Source: Felis catus (lineage: Eukaryota). Taken from it: a stretch of 64,000 nt of DNA. Below the pieces are notes generated by a model. That model was not told the DNA's origin. It saw only the letters and a list, made by a program, of their open reading frames with translations, and searched no databases. The position numbers and the translations under genes were made by a program. Each line of letters opens with the position of its first letter. The stretch's first letter is position 1. Shown piece by piece: positions 61,297 to 64,000 of this stretch. The DNA is taken from NCBI RefSeq assembly GCF_018350175.1, contig NC_058369.1:5210001-5274000 (forward strand), read 5' to 3'.

Positions 61297-62709
61297 GTAA
61301 GAATGATGTGTGCCTTTAGGGTAGAAGTTGTGCCCATGGCTGATGCGAGATCTGAAATCAAAAAACATTTCAGCACATTTGCTGTTGTGAGTTATACATC
61401 AAACCAGTCCTTTTTTTTTTTTTTTTTTTTTTTTTGCCAGAATTCTATTTTCTCTTCAAAATTCCTAGAGGAATGGTTCTCAGCATCTTCGGGGTTGGAT
61501 CCTCTTAACAACTTTGGTAAAACCTAGAGTCTATTTCCCCAAATAGGGAAATGTACCTTTCAGACAAATGTACTTACACATAAAATTTTGAATTCAGTTT
61601 AGGAAATTAGGGAGAAAAAAAAGCACATTTGGGAAACTCAGGAACATAAAAGCCCACCTGTGGCCTCTATGTTCTGTAGGATTCTGAAAGAGTAGGTTGA
61701 ATAGGTTGAGGTTAATCCCCCAAATGTAAAGAGTAAAAACAATAGAAATAAATCTAGAGGTCCTGTTCTGTATCAGAGATAACACAGTATTTTCTTATTC
61801 TCCCCATGACCCTGTGGAATCAGCACTGTTCGTTACTTCATACACAGGACACCTGGTACTTAGTCCATCTAAGAAACTTTCTCAAGGTCACAGCTAAAAA
61901 GAGAGTAAGTTCAGAATTCCCAAGGCAGCATTTTTAGCCTGACTAAAGAAGTTTAGAAAGCTCCATAAAGTTAGTTGAAGAAGCTGGTATATTGGCAATG
62001 GGGCTTAGGTTAGGAAGTAGGTATACATGTACTAAGGTATCATGTACAAAGGTGTCCCTCTTGAAAAAAAGAAGCCCCATCTCCAGCTTGAACCATACAT
62101 CCTGCCAGAATGATTCTGGAGATACAGTGGCAGGGTAGATCAGGGGTTGGTAAACTTTATAAAAGGCCAAATTGTACCTGTTTTTGTCTCTACGGGTCGT
62201 ATGGTCTTTGTGGCAATTACCCAGTGTTGTCCTTGTAGTGAGAGAGAAGCCAAGTCATAGACCATATGTTAATGGATGAGTGTGGCTGTGTTTCAGTAAA
62301 ACTTTATCTATAAAAACATGGGGTGAACTGGATTTGCCCTGTGGGCTATTGTTTACAACCCTTAGAATAGAACTTAAGTGTGGGAGATTTTCTGCCCACT
62401 CAGTGTTGGCAATTGCTTGTTAAATTGACCAGTTTTATGCTGTGAGGTCTCTGTTTAGTATAAATTATGCTAACTTTGCCAACATAAGCCATGACATAAT
62501 AAAAGGTATTTGGGCAGCTGAGTATTTGGTATATGGAACATATTTAATTTGTGTTGGTAGTTTTTATTGCTGTAGCTGTTACTATTTTTACTCTCTTTCT
62601 TATAGCAATCATTATTAGGGTACTGTTTATTGAGCCTTACCTCTTTGCCAGGAACTGTACTCAAATTTGTATACACATTATCTCATTTTAATCTTTCCTA
62701 CAAGATCTA

Positions 62710-63025
62710 TATTAGGAAAACTGCAAAATCCTGATGAAAGAAATAAAAGAAGTTTCAAATAAACGGAGAGATAGTCCATGTTCATGGATAGGAAAACTCA
62801 ATATTGTCAAGAAGTCAGTCTGTCAGTTCTTCCCAACTTGATCTGTAGATTGAATGCATTCTCAACCACATTCTCAGAAAATTATTTTGTAGATATTGAT
62901 ACAATTATTCTAATGTTTGTACAGAGAAGAAAAAGACCCTAAATAGCTAACACAATATTGAAGGAGAACAAAGTCATAGGAGTGACCCTACCTGACTTCA
63001 AGACTTTGCATATAACCACAGTAAT
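62710..63025 (+). mobile_element. Old L1 ORF2 fragment
   Basis: Homologous to 58130-58440 of the full-length L1 (ccatgttcatggataggaa...caatattgtcaag; cctgacttcaagac). Confidence 0.75.
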
Positions 63026-63247
63026 TATTTAATCTTTTAATCCTTCTGTTTGCCCCCACTCTACACTTGGGGAAACTGAGGCTTAGAGCACACGGCTTAT
63101 GTCAGATGAGGACCCATGTCTGATTCCATCTAAAGTCCAGGCTCTGAATTAAATGATTCCTGGCGCTGGTTGGATCTTGCTATAGGAGTCTGAATTCAAG
63201 ACCTTTGCCTTCTGAGAAATAGCTAATGCACACCTTTCTCTCAACAG

Positions 63248-63314
63248 CTGCTGGCTCAAGCATGATAAAGCGTTCATCTGGAGTTTTATGGGACCAGTGG
63301 CAGTCATTATCTTG
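63248..63314 (+). CDS. ADGRE4: ADGRE4 exon 12, ECL2-TM5 (CWLKHDKAFIWSFMGPVAVIIL); gene continues past the window end
   Basis: Acceptor ctctcaacAG, donor GTGGGT; 67 nt, phase 2/0. Confidence 0.95.
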
Positions 63315-63571
63315 GTGGGTGACTAGTGATAGTTATTGATGTGCCTGCCCTGGGTTTAACAAGCATAGTGTGTTTCTTTCTGTTAAAGCAGAAGTGAGGT
63401 GAAGATAAGGAAAATATAGTCTAATGTGATTTACCCCTCTTCCTGAAAACACAGTCTTCATATCTCTTTCCCAGGCTCCCTCCTGGTTCACTTGTTACTC
63501 TGATGTAATATAACCCTCTGCTGGAGATTCTTCTAAAAATCCCACATTTGTTCACTCAACAACTATTTAGT

Positions 63572-63785
63572 GGGGCATCTGTGTGGTTCAGTCGGTTAAA
63601 CATCCAACTTCGCTCAGGTCATGATCTCGTAGTTTGTGAGTTTGAGCCCCGCATCGGGCTCTGTGCTGACAGCTCAGAGCCTGGAACCTGATTCAGATTC
63701 TGTTTCTCCCTCTCTCTATGGCCTTCCCCCACTCACACTCTCTTTCCCTCTCTTTAAAAAAATAAGTAAACATTTTAAAAATTTT
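63572..63785 (+). mobile_element. CAN-SINE
   Basis: SINE head, CT tract, A tail. Confidence 0.88.
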
Positions 63786-64000
63786 TCAACAAATATTCAG
63801 CAAATATCTACTCTTCATAGAATGATATGTTTTCCTGTTTGTCAGCAAATTCCTGATCACATCATTGTCCTGGTATAGCTATCAAGAGTACTCTTTCACT
63901 TTCTAGGTGTCTTGGTTTGAATGATAAATTATATAGTCACCCTAATTAAGCACCAAGTGCCACAAGTTCATATATACACAATGTGCTGTATAAAAGACCA

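Overview
Mammalian genomic DNA from a felid, most likely cat, judged from the many near-identical felid-type CAN-SINEs. It is not microbial. Two adhesion GPCR (EGF-TM7) paralogues lie head-to-tail on the + strand. The first is the 3' half of ADGRE1 (EMR1, F4/80): 7 coding exons at 703-12342, 870 nt spliced, TM1 to stop, with a poly(A) signal at 12773. The second is the first 12 coding exons of ADGRE4 (EMR4/FIRE) at 29541-63314: 1488 nt spliced, 496 codons with no stop or frameshift, encoding signal peptide, 2 EGF domains, GAIN/GPS and TM1 to the start of TM5; the gene continues beyond the window. The rest is dominated by transposons: about 35 CAN-SINEs, a full-length but dead 6.95-kb L1 in ADGRE4 intron 10, L1 fragments, solo LTRs, Tigger/hAT fossils and a 35-nt U6 retro-fragment. 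I found no convincing evidence of a wholly new biological system. The best leads are (i) an intact ADGRE4, which is a pseudogene in humans, (ii) an LTR in ADGRE4 intron 1 that carries a GC-box array plus CCAAT box and retains CpGs, a candidate alternative promoter, (iii) a sense-oriented full-length L1 between the TM2 and TM3 exons, and (iv) repeated re-use of the same retrotransposon target sites. Gene and repeat-family names come from recalled sequence knowledge, not from database searches.
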